In this document: positions 1-16,294 of the stretch, one piece after another
Layout of the letters: each line of letters starts with the position of its first letter
Numbering within the stretch: position 1 is the stretch's first letter
DNA from: the human T2T-CHM13v2.0 reference genome, Homo sapiens
Length of the DNA: 64,000 bases
Assembly (NCBI RefSeq): GCF_009914755.1
Contig: NC_060930.1
Strand: one strand, 5' to 3'
Notes under the pieces: model-generated
Database searches by the model: none
What the model was told of the DNA's origin: nothing
Seen by the model: only the letters and a program-made list of their open reading frames with translations
Made by a program: the position numbers and the translations under genes

Positions 1-257
1 CGCAGAGGAGGGGGAATTTGTTCTCTCTCCCTGACTTCTTGAGCTGGGACATGGTTCTTTTCCTGCCGTCTTTTTATGCCATCGGCTCTCCTGGTTCTCA
101 GGCCTTCGGACTCAAACTGAACCCACACCACTGGCTCTGTTGGGCCTCCAGCTTTGCAGCTGCCGTGGCTTCTACAATTATGTGAGACAATTTCTTATCA
201 TCTCCCCACACGTCTCCCACCTGGGTTCTGATTCTCTGGAGAACCCTAATTAATACA
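1..257 (+). mobile_element. MLT2-family (ERVL) LTR, 3' portion
   Basis: Contains GGTTCTCAGGCCTTCGGACTC and ends TTCTCTGGAGAACCCTAATTAATACA, the typical MLT2 3' terminus. Confidence 0.75.
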
Positions 258-640
258 GATTTCCAAGAAGGAGACACTGAGGCAAGAATCTGAGGACTAC
301 TAGTTGAATAAGAATGACCCAGGAAGCATGGGTAGGAAGGAGAGTGACAGAAGTGAGACAGGGAAAGGAAGGAAGCCAGCCAAGGCTCACTGGCACTGGG
401 GGCAACGGGCCATACTGGGAAATGGTATGGAACGGAAGCTGGTGTTAGTCTGCCTGAGGGTGAGGGAGATGGGCTAGTCATCTTCCAGCTCTCTCCCCCT
501 TCATTGCCTGAGAGCTGCTTCTGGGAGCGTTAACTCCTCAGCCCTTCTGGCCTCTGCTGTGCAGATCATGAGAAGCCTTCAGAGGGAGCACAGCAGGTTC
601 TTGTAGATGGATGCTCTCCACAGGTCCTGGAAGCTGAGGA
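258..640. mobile_element. Old ERVL-class LTR fragment (subfamily uncertain)
   Basis: GAGACACTGAGGCAAG...GACCCAGGAAGCA...GTGAGACAGGGAAAGGAAGGAAGCC resembles ancient ERVL LTR consensus; highly diverged. Confidence 0.4.
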
Positions 641-976
641 CCGAGGGCATAAGGGTGAGCATTGAACGGCATCCACTATCATGACTGAGGGAATGGAGAC
701 TGGGCTGACAACAAGGGCAAAAGGAGTTCAGGGGAGGAAGAGTATTATGGGATATAGTAAGAAGGGAGAAGTTTATGGAGGAGTTGGGGCATTGACTCAG
801 CCTCTCTAAGAGGGGAAGAGGCACGGTGAGGCAGTGTTGTGGAGTGTGTAGTTTTGGAGGCTGTGGAGAGCCTGAGCTGGTGATGAAAGCTGGATCATTG
901 AGTACCATCTGCTCTGGAATGGCTGCAGTGCAAGCGGATGTTTGCCCTAGTGTGCCACATGGACAGGACATTTTGA

Positions 977-1720
<744 letters not shown>

Positions 1721-2959
1721 TAACTAACAGATTAGGGAAACTAACCTGGCTGTGATATTCAGGGTAAGCTTGGAGCCGGAAGGACACAGGACTCATGTGG
1801 ATGATTCTGTCGTTGGCATTCTCCCTTACATTGAGCTCGTTCACGGTTCTGAGGCTTAGCTCTCAGACGGTTCTTTCAGACCTCAATTCTGGTATTTACA
1901 AACTGGCATATGGTGACTCAGTGGGGATGCTGTTGATGGAGGGTATAGGGTGGAGGTGGCTTCGGCGAGGGGAAGACACTGAGATACTTCCTGGGAAGAT
2001 TCTGAAGGAGGAATAGGGTGTGACCCTGAGCAAGCACATCAGAGGTTTGTGTGCTTACATTTCAATGAATGTTTGAACATCTGGTTATGGAGGGACATCT
2101 GGTTGGGAAAATGAATTGTGTTGGGGTGCCCTAGTAGAGTGGCAGTAGCAATCCAATATAGCTGATATTCTGCAAGTAAATTGTCATATTGTATTGACCA
2201 TGTACAATCTAACCAGATAAAGTAGTCTATATTTGTGGTGTGTACCCAATCGGGGATTGAAATTGAATACGTATTTACTCTGAGTAACGTGGCGATGCTT
2301 ATGCTACTGTGAGTTTACAACTTAGGACTGGGGGTACCTGCTGTGCTTGGGACTCACTTCTTGAACAGAGGCAACCAAAGGGTGTTATCTCTCTGGTTCC
2401 TAAGGTTGGTTCCAGGCCAGCAAACAACAGGGGGTGCCCCAAAAGGTGCCCCCAGAAACCTAGGCTCCCCTATCAGGGTGCATCGTGTGGGCAGCCCCCT
2501 CTTGTGCACACTTCTCTCGAATGTTCAGAGAAAGGGCGTTCGTGCTGAGAATTTGGCTACATTTCATCCCAGCTTCCCAGGGACTGTGATGCTTGGCGTG
2601 TGCCTGGACCAGGGCAGGCACTCAGTAAGTGTGTGTGTGGAATAAACGCACAAGTAATTGACTTGGAGCTCGCCGTCAACACCTAAGGCATAGATTCTTG
2701 GCCATCCCAGAACTTTAGTAACCGTGTGCTTATTAAAAACCAGGTTCCCCCAGGAGGAAGTCGGTCCCTAATTTTGTTCGAGGTTTTATTTTTTAGCTTG
2801 AGCATTAAAAGATGGTCTGTGCTCTGTCCCTGGCCCTAGTCAGCCCCTCTCTGTAGATCAGTATGGACATTCATATCTTTAGCTAATATTGGGCAGTGGT
2901 TTTGCAACCCATATGTAATTCATTAGTATGTAAAATGCTATCTGAGCCAAAATAATATA

Positions 2960-3174
2960 CAAGCTGTCTGAAAAGTCTGGAAACAGAGGATAAACTTATT
3001 TCAAAGGGTTTATTAGTTAACATTCAATAATATACTGATTCTATTTTTCCTCAACCTCCAGACACCTTTGTAGGTAAAGTAAGTCTAAACTTAAAGCAAT
3101 AGGTTCACTCTTTAGTCAGAAAAAGTGCAATGAATATATGGTATTTCCCTTGTTTCCAGAATATTTGGACACTG
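2960..3174. mobile_element. Tc1/mariner-type MITE (DNA1_Mam-like)
   Basis: TA flanks; imperfect terminal inverted repeats (TIRs): left CAAGCTGTCTGAAAAGTCTGGAAACAGAGG versus reverse complement of the right end CAGTGTCCAAATATTCTGGAAACAAGGG. Confidence 0.65.
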
Positions 3175-4954
3175 TAATGTTCTTATTGTAATTTTGTTTT
3201 GGATTAATGATAGGATTATTGCTGTAAATTTAGTGATACTTCACCTGGAAAGCTATCTGGCTGTTCAAGAAAAATATATTGAATATGTATTTTTTTGATG
3301 ATGTAAATAACATAATATTTAAAAGTAAGATTTTCATGTGTTGAAAAGTTTTTGTACATCTTGAAATTGATAAGCGCCTTGGAAAGTTTATTTTAAATTC
3401 TTTGTTCTGGATTAGTTAAAAGAGAACAAGTGCTTTAAAATTTGCTTTCAAGTGCCTACTTACAATATGTTCTGAAATAAAATATAAAGATTGAGGTTTT
3501 GGCTTAATCCAAACTTTACTCGGCAAAAAATATTTTAAAAGGAGAAAATAATAAATTTGAAGTATGAAATAGGGAAAAGTGCATAATGTTCTCCATCAGA
3601 AATCTGTCTTTGCAATATCCCAAGAATCCAGCAAGTTCCACATGTTCCGTAACCACTTTAGAGGGGAACTTAATGGGCTGGATTTGCAGCAAGTTAAATG
3701 AGACTTTTTTTTTTTTTTAACGATGTAGTTTTCACAGGCTGATGCCCTTCACTGTTTGAGCGAAACCATCTTGGTTGAACACGTGGGTACATTTCACCAT
3801 CAGCCTTGTGTCAAATAACCCTGAATTTGAAAATGAAAGCACCCTTCAGATCTTTGCTTTGGGGTGGTGTCATAAACAAATCTGAGTTTTGTTCTCACGG
3901 CTTACCATGATCTCTTCCAAACCTTTGATGTATTTATGTCCAAGTTCAAGGATTATATGAGCAGCTCTGAACATTTCATTTTTTGTTCCTTTACAGACGG
4001 GGTGAGGCTGAGTCCCTGCCTCTAGTTACCGTGCTGTATGCATAGCCATGATGGTTGAGAGCTAGAATCTTCCTCTGGGAGCCCTTTAGATAAAAGCTGT
4101 TGACTTCGCATGTGCAAACCTATCATAGGTACACAGAGATAGTGAGAATATACTGAGAGGGTGCACAGTTATTAACACGAAAGTCACATTTCTGAAAAGT
4201 ATCAAGGTTGGCAAATCTGAGGTCTCAGCAAAAAGTGGAGATCAGAGAAAACTAATAGAAATGACAATAATCCACTAAAAAAGAAAGCCTGGGAGAAATT
4301 TGCTTCCCAAACAAATTAGGTTTGTTAATGGAAAAGTCTGCTGGCCCAGTTGATCCTCTCCCGAACCACTCTCTTTCCATTTTCGAAACACTGTTTTCTC
4401 CCAAGGCTGACTCGCTTACCAGTTTTAGTCGTGCAGCCAGCACCTCTTTAAACGTTTTGAGGCAAGCCTTACTGGCTTGAAATGTAATATGTTTTATACT
4501 TGCATTTTTCTCTAGTTTTGTCTACATAAACCCCAGGGGGAAAAATGCTTATATGTTTCTGTGACCTTTTAATTAATTATTGCTGGGCTTAGAAACACAT
4601 TTTTCTCTGCGCTTAGTTTTCCTACCTGATGTGTGGGAATTCTGGGGTTGAATTGCTTCTCTTTGTTTGTGTTATCATAGACACCTGCCAACATGTGTGT
4701 GTGTTGGAGGGTGGGCTATGACAACAATGGGATTTTCCTATTTTAAGGGACTGATCTGTGTAAACCAAGAAGTGTCTTTCTTCAAATATGAAGCCTGATT
4801 ATCTCAAAGTAATTGCTTGTGAGGATTACTTTAACTCTTCACACTGCTATAGAGCTTTATAATTTACAAACCAGTGTCATATACAGTGTAGCATTTCACG
4901 TGACTGACCGTAATTCCTTCTTTGTGACGGCATGCCCATTCTGACTGCTAATAT

Positions 4955-5308
4955 CCCCCCTTTCTCCCTTCTTTTCTTCCTTCCCCCTTTCCTCCTTCCC
5001 TTTTTACTTTTCTTTCCTTCTTTTCTTCCTTCCTTCCATTTTTTGCCTGCCTGTCTTCCTTCCCTCCCTCCTTCCCTCTCTCCTTCCTTCCTCCTTCCTT
5101 TCCTCTTTCCTTCTTTCTGTACTTTCCTCCTTTCTTCCCTCCTTTTCTCCTTCCTTCCTGCCTCCCTTTTTCCTTCTTTCCCTCATACCTTCCCTTTTTT
5201 TCTTTCCTTCCCTACTGTCCTCCTTTCTTCTTTCTTTCCCTCCCTCCCTGTATTCTTCCTTCTCTTCCTTTCTCCCTCCCTCTCCGTCTTCCCCCACCTT
5301 CTTTCTTT
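4955..5308 (+). repeat. CT-rich low-complexity tract, (TTCC)n-like
   Basis: About 350 bp of almost pure pyrimidines; source of the spurious ORFs 4932-5312 and 5004-5297. Confidence 0.95.
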
Positions 5309-5423
5309 ATAACACAAATATACTTTTATTACAAATGCAACTATTTGTAATATAAAGTACAGTTTTAAAGTACAGTTTATGAGAACTGTATTTTAAAGTA
5401 CAGTGTTTGAGAACTGGTACATT

Positions 5424-7513
5424 AATTCAGCAAACTTTCAGGATACACAATATATACAAATCAATAGCTCTGCTGTATACCAATAGCAACGAAGCTAATA
5501 ATCAAATCAAGAACTCAACCCCTTTTACTATAGCTGCAAAAAACATAAAATGCTTAGGAATATACCTAACCAAGGAGTTGGAAAACTTTTACAAGGAAAA
5601 CTACAAAACACTGCTGAAAGGAATCGTAGATGACACAAGCAAATGGAAACACATCCCACGCTCATGGATGGGTAGAATCAATATTGTGAAAATGACCCTA
5701 CTGCCAAAAGAAATCTACAAATTCAAGGTAATTCCCATCAAAATACCACCATCATTCTTCACAGAACTAGAAAAAGCAATCTTAAAATTCATATGGAACC
5801 AAAAAAGAACCCGCATAGCCAAAGCAAGACTAAGCAAAAACAACAAATCTGGAGGCATTACATTACCTGACTTCAAACTATACTACAAGGCCATAGTCAC
5901 CCAAACAGCATGGCACTGGTATAAAAATAGGCACATAGACCAATGGAACTGGAACAGAATAGAGAACCCAGAAATAAAGGCAAATACTTACAGCCAACTC
6001 ATCTTTGACAAAGCAAACAAAAACATAAAGTGGAGAATGGACACCCTATTCAACAAACAATACTGGGACAATCAGCAAGCCACATGTAGCAGTGAAACTG
6101 GATCCTTATCACTCATCTTGTACAAAAATCAACTCAAGATGGATCAAAGACTTAAATCTAAGACCTGAAACAATAAAAATTCTAGAAGATAACATCAGAA
6201 AAACCCTTCTAGACATTGGCTTAGGCAAAGACTTCGTGACCAAGAACCCAAAAGCAAATGCAATAAAAACAAAAGATGAATAGATGAAACTTAATTAAAC
6301 TAAAAAGCTTCTGCACAGCAAAAGAAATAATCAGCAGAGTTAACAGACAACTCACAGGATGGGAGAAAATCTTCATAATCTATATGTCCGACAAAGGACT
6401 AACATCCACAATCTACTAAGAACTCAAGCAAATCAGCAAGGAAAAACCAAACAATCCCATCAAAACGTGGGCTAAAGACATGAGTAGACAATTCTCAAAA
6501 GAAGATATACAAATGGCCAACAAGCATATGGAAGAATGCTCAACATCACTAATTATCAGGGAAATGCAAATCAAAACCGCAATGCAGTATCACCTTACTC
6601 CTGCAAGAATGGCCAGAATAAAAATTTTTTAAAATAGGTGTTGGCGTGGATGTGGTGAAAAGGGAACACTTTTACGTTGTTGGTGGGAATGTAAACTAGT
6701 ACAGCCACTGTGGAAAACAGTGTGGAGATTCCTTAAAGAACTAAAAGTAGGTCTATAGTTTTATCCAGCAACCCCACTACTGGGTATCTACCCAGAGGGA
6801 AAGAAGTCATTATACAAAAAAGATACTTGCACATGCATGTTTATAGCAGCAAAATTTGCAATTGCAAAAATGTGGAATCCGCCCAAATGGCTGTCAATCA
6901 ATGAGTGAATAAAGAAAATGTGATATATATATATACACACACACACACATACATATATATACATATATATACACATACATATATACATACATATATATAA
7001 TATATACACATACATATATACACACATATACATACATATATACGTATATATGCATATATATACATATATACGTATATATACATATATATATATAGAAAGG
7101 AAAGGAAATATACCATATTTACATCCATATACCATGGAATACTACTCCTCCATATAAAGGAACAAAATAATGGCATTCACGGCAACCTGGATGGAATTGG
7201 AGACTATTATTCTAAGTGAACTAACTCAGGAATAGTAAACCAAACATTGTATGTTCTTACTGATAAGTAGGAGCTAAGCTATGAGGATGCAAAGGCATAG
7301 GAATTATACAATGGACTTTGGGGCTTGGGGAGAAAGGGTGGGAGAGGGGTGAGGAATAAAAGACTACACCTTGGGTACAGGGTACACTGCTTGGGTGATT
7401 GGTCCACCAAAATCTTAGAAATCACCTCTGAAGAACTTATTCATGTAACCAAACACCATCTGCTCCGTAAAAACCTATTGAAATAAAAAATAAATAAAAA
7501 TAATAATAAAAAA
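5424..7513 (+). mobile_element. 5'-truncated LINE-1 (L1PB-type): ORF2 C-terminal part, 3' UTR and A-rich tail
   Basis: ORF 5407-6168 reads as L1 ORF2 ([38 protein letters not shown]); L1PB-type 3' end GAACTTATTCATGTAACCAAACACC...CTATTGAAATAAAAAA. Confidence 0.93.
6923..7094 (+). repeat. (TA)n/(CATATA)n compound microsatellite inside the L1
   Basis: Visible directly. Confidence 0.95.
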
Positions 7514-7639
7514 GTGGTCGCCTACAGCTTTGGCTTCCCCACATTTTGCTTTGTTAAGAAGAGCTCTTCAAACAAGCATAATTTCCTGATCCTCTGATCA
7601 GGCAAGGTGATAAAATAAAATGAGTATCAGATTGAGTTG

Positions 7640-7775
7640 GGAATGCTGGGACTTAGTCTTGAGTCTGCTGCTTCCTGTAATCATCTCTGAGCTTTAGTTT
7701 TCTCATTTTAAGATTAGCCTCAAATGAACGGCCTTTATTTGCTTCAGAGCATTATTGTGAAGATTCAGTTAACAC
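7640..7775 (+). mobile_element. MIR fragment
   Basis: CTCTGAGCTTTAGTTTTCTCATTTT...ATTGTGAAGATTCA resembles the MIR core. Confidence 0.5.
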
Positions 7776-7884
7776 CAGTTATAAAATACCACCGCTATCA
7801 CTCTCTATCCCCCTCACATAACCTGTTAATTCTTATAGTTATTATTGTACCTGACCTTTTACTGGGTTATTCCGATCCTGAGGT

Positions 7885-8007
7885 ACAATGGATGCTCCAT
7901 GAACACAGAGACTATGTACATTTTGTTAACTTCTTTATTTCAAAAGCACATGGCAGTGCCTGACACAGAGTATGCACTAAATATAATTTAGTTAATGAAG
8001 AATGAAA
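7885..8007 (+). mobile_element. L2 3'-end fragment
   Basis: CTCCATGAACACAGAGAC...CAGTGCCTGACACAGAGTATGCACTAAATA...AATGAAGAATGAA. Confidence 0.6.
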
Positions 8008-8009
8008 AT

Positions 8010-8067
8010 CTTTCTTTTTTCTCCTTCCTCCCTCCCTCCCTCCTTCCTTCCTTTCTCTCTGTCTCTG

Positions 8068-8100
<33 letters not shown>

Positions 8101-8120
8101 GTCTCTCTCTCTCTCTCTCA
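8010..8120 (+). repeat. (TCCT)n/(TC)n simple repeat
   Basis: Visible directly. Confidence 0.9.
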
Positions 8121-8491
8121 CTCACTTACCTTTCTTGGGAGACTTGTTACAGATTGAGAGTTAGGCCCAAAATGCTGGAATCAAGGAAGCCTTCTCATAT
8201 TTGATTGATGATCTTTGTTTGTTTCTTTCCCATTGTACCTCAGTTATTCCATATTATCTTAAGACAAGATCAGTTGCATTCTCCTAAAATTTTCATTCAA
8301 GCTACTTGCTGTAACTATTGCTTTAAATATGTATCTCAGTGTCATGCATTCCTTGGTTATGTACATTTGCTAATATTGATGCCTTATAGAGGAGTGTTTT
8401 CCTTATCAGTAGAGAAATGTGTAGAAATTTTTGCTTGAACCTAAGAGAGTCTAAACTTTACAACACAAGTCATAAATAAAGCTACATCTTA

Positions 8492-11019
<2,528 letters not shown>

Positions 11020-14000
11020 AAAGCTACATCTTAAATAGAATCTTTATAAAAGTACAACTGATGTCCTCTGTTGCCTAAGAAATGATTTAGGATGCTCTGA
11101 AATGTACCAACTCTCATAGAAGACAATAGTGCATGTGATAAGGCTGGTAAGAGTCCTAAGGACCATGGCCACTAGGTTCACAAGCCCCTGGAGGAAGACC
11201 AGGTCATTTCTGTTGGTGAGGAAGAGGAAAACCACACTGAGAAGGTAGGATTCAAGCTGGGCCTTCAAAGTTGAGCATGGGTATTATGTTTTTAATAGAT
11301 GAAGGGTGAGAGAATACATTGAAGGCAAGTAACGCTTGTTAGTTCAGCCAGTAATTAGGTCAAAGAATAGAACAACAGGGAGGGGAAAATGAGTCTCACA
11401 GGAAAGCCTGACAAGTCAAGAAATGTGGGAGGGAGTCTGGGGACAGCATGGTTAATGGCCTCTTCTGACACAAGTGCACGAAGCTAGCAGAAAGGGTCCT
11501 GGGGAAACTGAGGCACATCCTAATTACCTGCCTTGATAGGGACTCCATGCTTCTATGAATGAAGACTGAGCCCACCTGCATTTTTCCTTTTTCGTGCTCT
11601 TACAACTCATCTTCAAGCCTGTTTTCTCAAAACCCACTCCCAAGCTAGATGTTATCTCTGCCAAAATTATGAAATTATTTGTGGGAATCTAAAATCAGAA
11701 TTTCACATTTTAAAAAACTTTTATTTCTAATGAATTGTTTGTATTTGTTTTTGTCTCTTCCTTTGGGCCTTGAAATCATCTTGAACATGGATTCTGTTGC
11801 CTGGCAGATGAGCTGTCCCCAACAGCTGGGACTCAGGGGACTTTCCTCCAGGTTAACAGCAGTGGACTTCTCAGCACCCTTTAGGTCGCTGTTGTTTAAT
11901 CAACTATCAACGTCTCCTTACACTTTAATTCCTCCCTCCTTTGTCAAGTCAAACACTTTGAGGAAATCACACTGCCTGTGTCCTTCTGATCTACAGGTCT
12001 CATGGCCCCATCAAAAATTCAATGAACTTGTTTGGTTGGATGCCTCCTTTATTACTTTTAAAATACAACAAAGCTGTCAATAAATTATTCCATCATCGCT
12101 TTTCAAGGTATCCATATTAAATGTAGCAGTCTAGAACGCTAAATTCATTGCCTTGACCTTTCTTATATAAAATACGGACATTTGTGTGTCTCCAGTGTTC
12201 AGGCATCCCTCTTTCTTTAGTGGAATTCCTCAGATATTACGAAAAGTGGTGATTATATGAAATTTGTCAATTAAAGGTACCAGGTAAAGGATTTTCAGGT
12301 GTCCAAGCACACGAATGAGGTTGTGGGCACCTTGCGGTGCGTCTGAGGTTTTGGCTCTCCGTGCCCACATTCCTGGGAGCGGCACTCAGTGGCAGCAGTA
12401 AGATCCAGGCCACCTCGCGGTCGGTTCCCAGGATGCCCCTCTGCCTGCTCCTGGGGAGATCACGGGAAACGAAGGGCGATTGAAGGCGTCACACCCTGGT
12501 AGGAATTTTCCAATATAAATCCAGTAACTGTTTCCATGATGGCCTAAAAAAGAAGAGTCTGGAATCAATTTGTCACTTTTTCTGTGCCTCCCCAACTCTG
12601 ACTTATTTTTTTGATGGGTCGTTTTTCATTATGTATTGATGGAGGATTTGCCTTTGTAGGGCAGTGCCGCACTAGGCCAGTGTACCCTGAGGCAAATGTG
12701 CACCTACAGAGAGATCAGTCCCTGCATTGCAGGTGTACAAATTATGAAATCGGGCCCCTCCCATGCTAACAAGGGTCTCATCCTGTAAGCAGTAGACTAT
12801 ATTTATGATATGTATAGCTTTACCTGCATGGCGATTGTGTTTTGTAATTAGTATCGCTCCAAGTTTTAGCTAAATTTTTGAGGAACTGGGGACCTTACAG
12901 CATTATCTCATTACTAGGAAAAGCCCAAGGAATTTATACAAACACACCTACATGGCAACCTCACTATACCCAAATAATGACATCATTTCTATTTTTTTCT
13001 CTGTCTGATTAAATGCCTCTTCTCTTTTGTCCAACTCTTCTGCACACACTTTAAGGGGCTTTCCCTGGTGTGTGTCCTCTTTTGTTTAGCCACCCGGAAA
13101 TTGAAATGCTTCAGGCCCTTTTCATTCTTACATAAAACCTTGGCTGCTTTTTCTCCCCAATATTTGGAAAAGTCAAGGTATCATGTGAGCTGCCAAGCGC
13201 ACCGGGGTGGGAATTGGAAAGGATCCAAGGCCCTGTTATTTCTTCCCACTCCTTCCCAGCTCACTGTGAACTTCTTGCACCAACTCCTAATATTTGTAGA
13301 AGTTCTCTGAGATGTTTTCCCTTTGCACCCTGTCCCTTATACACTCAAAGAGTCGAATTCCAAAATTAATCACCAACATGGATTCAGATTAGCAAACAGC
13401 TACCATAGACCGACCTCAGGGAAGCCTTTGGAAATACCACTTCCCTGGTTGGGCACTGGACATAGACACAGCTGTGCAGACCTTGGTCTCACACTGATTG
13501 GCTGTTAGGCGAAGGGCTGAGACCTACCTTCCTGTTTTGATTTACTGGGAACAGGTCAAAGGGCCCCTGAAAAGTACACAACACTTCCCGTTTAAAATAG
13601 ATCTTGGAAGACATTGAAAGAAGAAGGAAGAATGTGGGAATGCAATGGGACAGCTTTCTTTGATCCTAAACCCAGTCAGAATCTTAATTAGCTGTACATG
13701 GAAGACCACAAAAAGCACCCTCCCTGAGAGCAGGCCTCTCCCAGTGAAATGCAAGTTCCAGGAAATGACTGAGTTGTCCCATGTGCAGCCGAGTCCATCA
13801 TGAGGTGCAGGGAGATTCTGAATGAGGAGCCTCGTCTCTATGTATTCTGAGTGAGTGAAATCGCTGGTAATTCAGAACGTGTCTGCAACAGAGAGGATTT
13901 TTAGTTGTGAATGATATACCATGTACTATATATACACATAATCGAATGGGAAAGACTGGCCTCCCCGCCTTCCCTTCTTGCTCTCCCCGTTTCCCACCCA

Positions 14001-14699
14001 AGAGGTCCAGATAGGATCACTGATGAGGATGGTGTAGATGAGGAGGGCACTCAGGAAAGAATCCAGGGACCTTCCAGCCTTGGCGGTTGAGCCAAGATAA
14101 AGGACTAGCAAAGAAGCATTGAGCAGCAGCTGCAAAGGGAGGGGAAACACGGAGAAAAGGAGTACAACCCAAGCCAGGCCATGAAAGCGTCTCCAATGGT
14201 CATTGCTGTCTAAACTATCGAGAAGTTGTGTGAGATGAAGATAGAAAATTAACCGCTGTGTTTGACCAGAGGCAGGTCCTTGCTGAATTTAACAAGAGTA
14301 ATTTCTGTAATGCATTGGAAAGCTCCATTTGACAGACATTACATAAAAAGCTCAGTTATTCAAGAAACACGCATGCTCTTTTTTTGCAATGGTGAGAAAT
14401 TTAGAAAAAATAAATCTGATGTGGCCTTCGAGTGCACGCCAGATCATGGGACAGGATCTCTGGCTGCCGTACCTGCCTCCCGCCCCCGTGGGACTTGGAC
14501 AGAGCATGACCAAATGCCAGGGCAAACCCTGAGGCACCTAGGAGAGGAGACCACACAGAGTAAGGTAACCTGGGGCAGGAGAGTACGTCCAGGGGGTGCG
14601 ATCCTGTCCCAGGCACGAAGCCAGGCTGTGTGGAGGGATGGGAGAGGGGACTTCCCCTGGGACGCTGCGTGATAACTCCCTGGTGTGATTTGTCCTAAT

Positions 14700-14830
14700 T
14701 CTTTCATTCCATCTTTCATTCAGAGAGCATTTTGAAGCCCCCATTATTGATTACTGTTACAGATTCTGGGGATAAGGGGATAAATAAACCCACCAAAGCC
14801 CTTGCCTTAATCATATTCAGGTCCAGCTCT
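14700..14830 (-). mobile_element. L2 3'-end fragment
   Basis: TTCATTCCATCTTTCATTCA...GCATTTTGAAGCCC...TCTGGGGATA. Confidence 0.45.
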
Positions 14831-14904
14831 CTGTGTCTATCCATGTCGTGATGCAAATGAAGACACAGGAAGATGAAGGGGAACAGAGACTCACCTGGGC
14901 ACTG

Positions 14905-15060
14905 GAGTGGTGGTTTTCCACCTGGGATGTGCATTAGAATCACTTGGGTACTCAGCCCACGCTCTGACTGATCAAATCATTTTGTATCGGAGGTGAGACC
15001 CAGACATCAGCAATAATCCTCCCAGGTGATTTCAATGTGCAGCCAAATTTGGGGACGGCA
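14905..15060. mobile_element. MER5-family hAT-Charlie MITE
   Basis: GTGCATTAGAATCACTTGG...CTCCCAGGTGATTTCAATGTGCAGCCAAATTTG. Confidence 0.65.
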
Positions 15061-15077
15061 TTAGAGCTGGGTTCTAG

Positions 15078-15249
15078 AAGTGTGCTCCTAACCAGAGCAT
15101 CAGCGTCATCCAGGAACTGTTGGAAATGCAGTTCCACCCCAGACCACCCCAGACCCGCTGAATTAGGACCTCTGAGGGTGAGGTCAGGCAGTCTGTCTTA
15201 CCAAGCCCTCCAGGTGACCTAATGTGCATGGAAGTTTGAGAATCCCTGC
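15078..15249. mobile_element. MER5A-like MITE, adjacent to the previous copy
   Basis: GCATCAGCGTCATCCAGGAACTGTTGGAAATGCAG...CAAGCCCTCCAGGTGA...AAGTTTGAGAATCCCTG. Confidence 0.7.
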
Positions 15250-15948
15250 CTTAGGGAAGCCAACTTTCTAAAAGCCAGGAGGACAGGCTGGGCACGGAGG
15301 TGTCTGTGACACCTCAGTATTTATGACACTGGGTAGAGTATCGATGGCAGCCCTGTGCTGTGAAGAGCAAAAGAGAAATGTTTCTGCCCTCAAGGGATTT
15401 ATAGTCCAGGTTTGGAAATAATAACATGCAGGACCACTAGAAAGCAAGAAGCAGCGCAGAATGATGTGTGAATGGTGTGATTCTCTGGTGACAGAGGAGA
15501 CGCTACAGAGACGATTTTTAAAACTTCACTGCAGCTTTTAAACTATTCAATGATAAGAATGTAATATTCCACAGTCACACTTTCTTTCCCGCAAAGTTTT
15601 GCAGACTTGCATTATTTTCTAGCATTGCCTGCTGTAAAAACCTGAGCCTAAAAGGAATTTTCCCCTTTGTAGGTGTCTTCCTTTTTCTTCTGGGATATTG
15701 GAAGAAAATGTTCATGATCTTCACAGTTTGAGTGAAGTGCAACAGTCTAACCGGGATGTGTCTCAGTGACTGGCCTCTATTTTCTTTTCTGGATAAAGGG
15801 ATGCTGTTTTCATTTGCAGATACAATACTTCAGTCATTTCAGACTAATTTTTGTATTGTATCACATCTCTGATTAAAAAATAGAACTCAAAAATTCTTAC
15901 GAGGGCTGGTCCTAGCCTTTTGTAACTATTAAAAGTTACTGGAGGTGT

Positions 15949-16280
<332 letters not shown>

Positions 16281-16294
16281 TTACCACAGGCTGA

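Noticed and set aside
4932-5312. 126-aa F/L/P/S-rich ORF and the antisense E/K/R/G-rich ORF
   Set aside because: They are translations of a CT low-complexity tract.
5407-6168. 253-aa ORF as a host gene
   Set aside because: It is a LINE-1 ORF2 fragment from a truncated element.
6788-7176. Y/I/C/M-rich ORFs
   Set aside because: They are translations of the (TA)n/(CATATA)n repeat.
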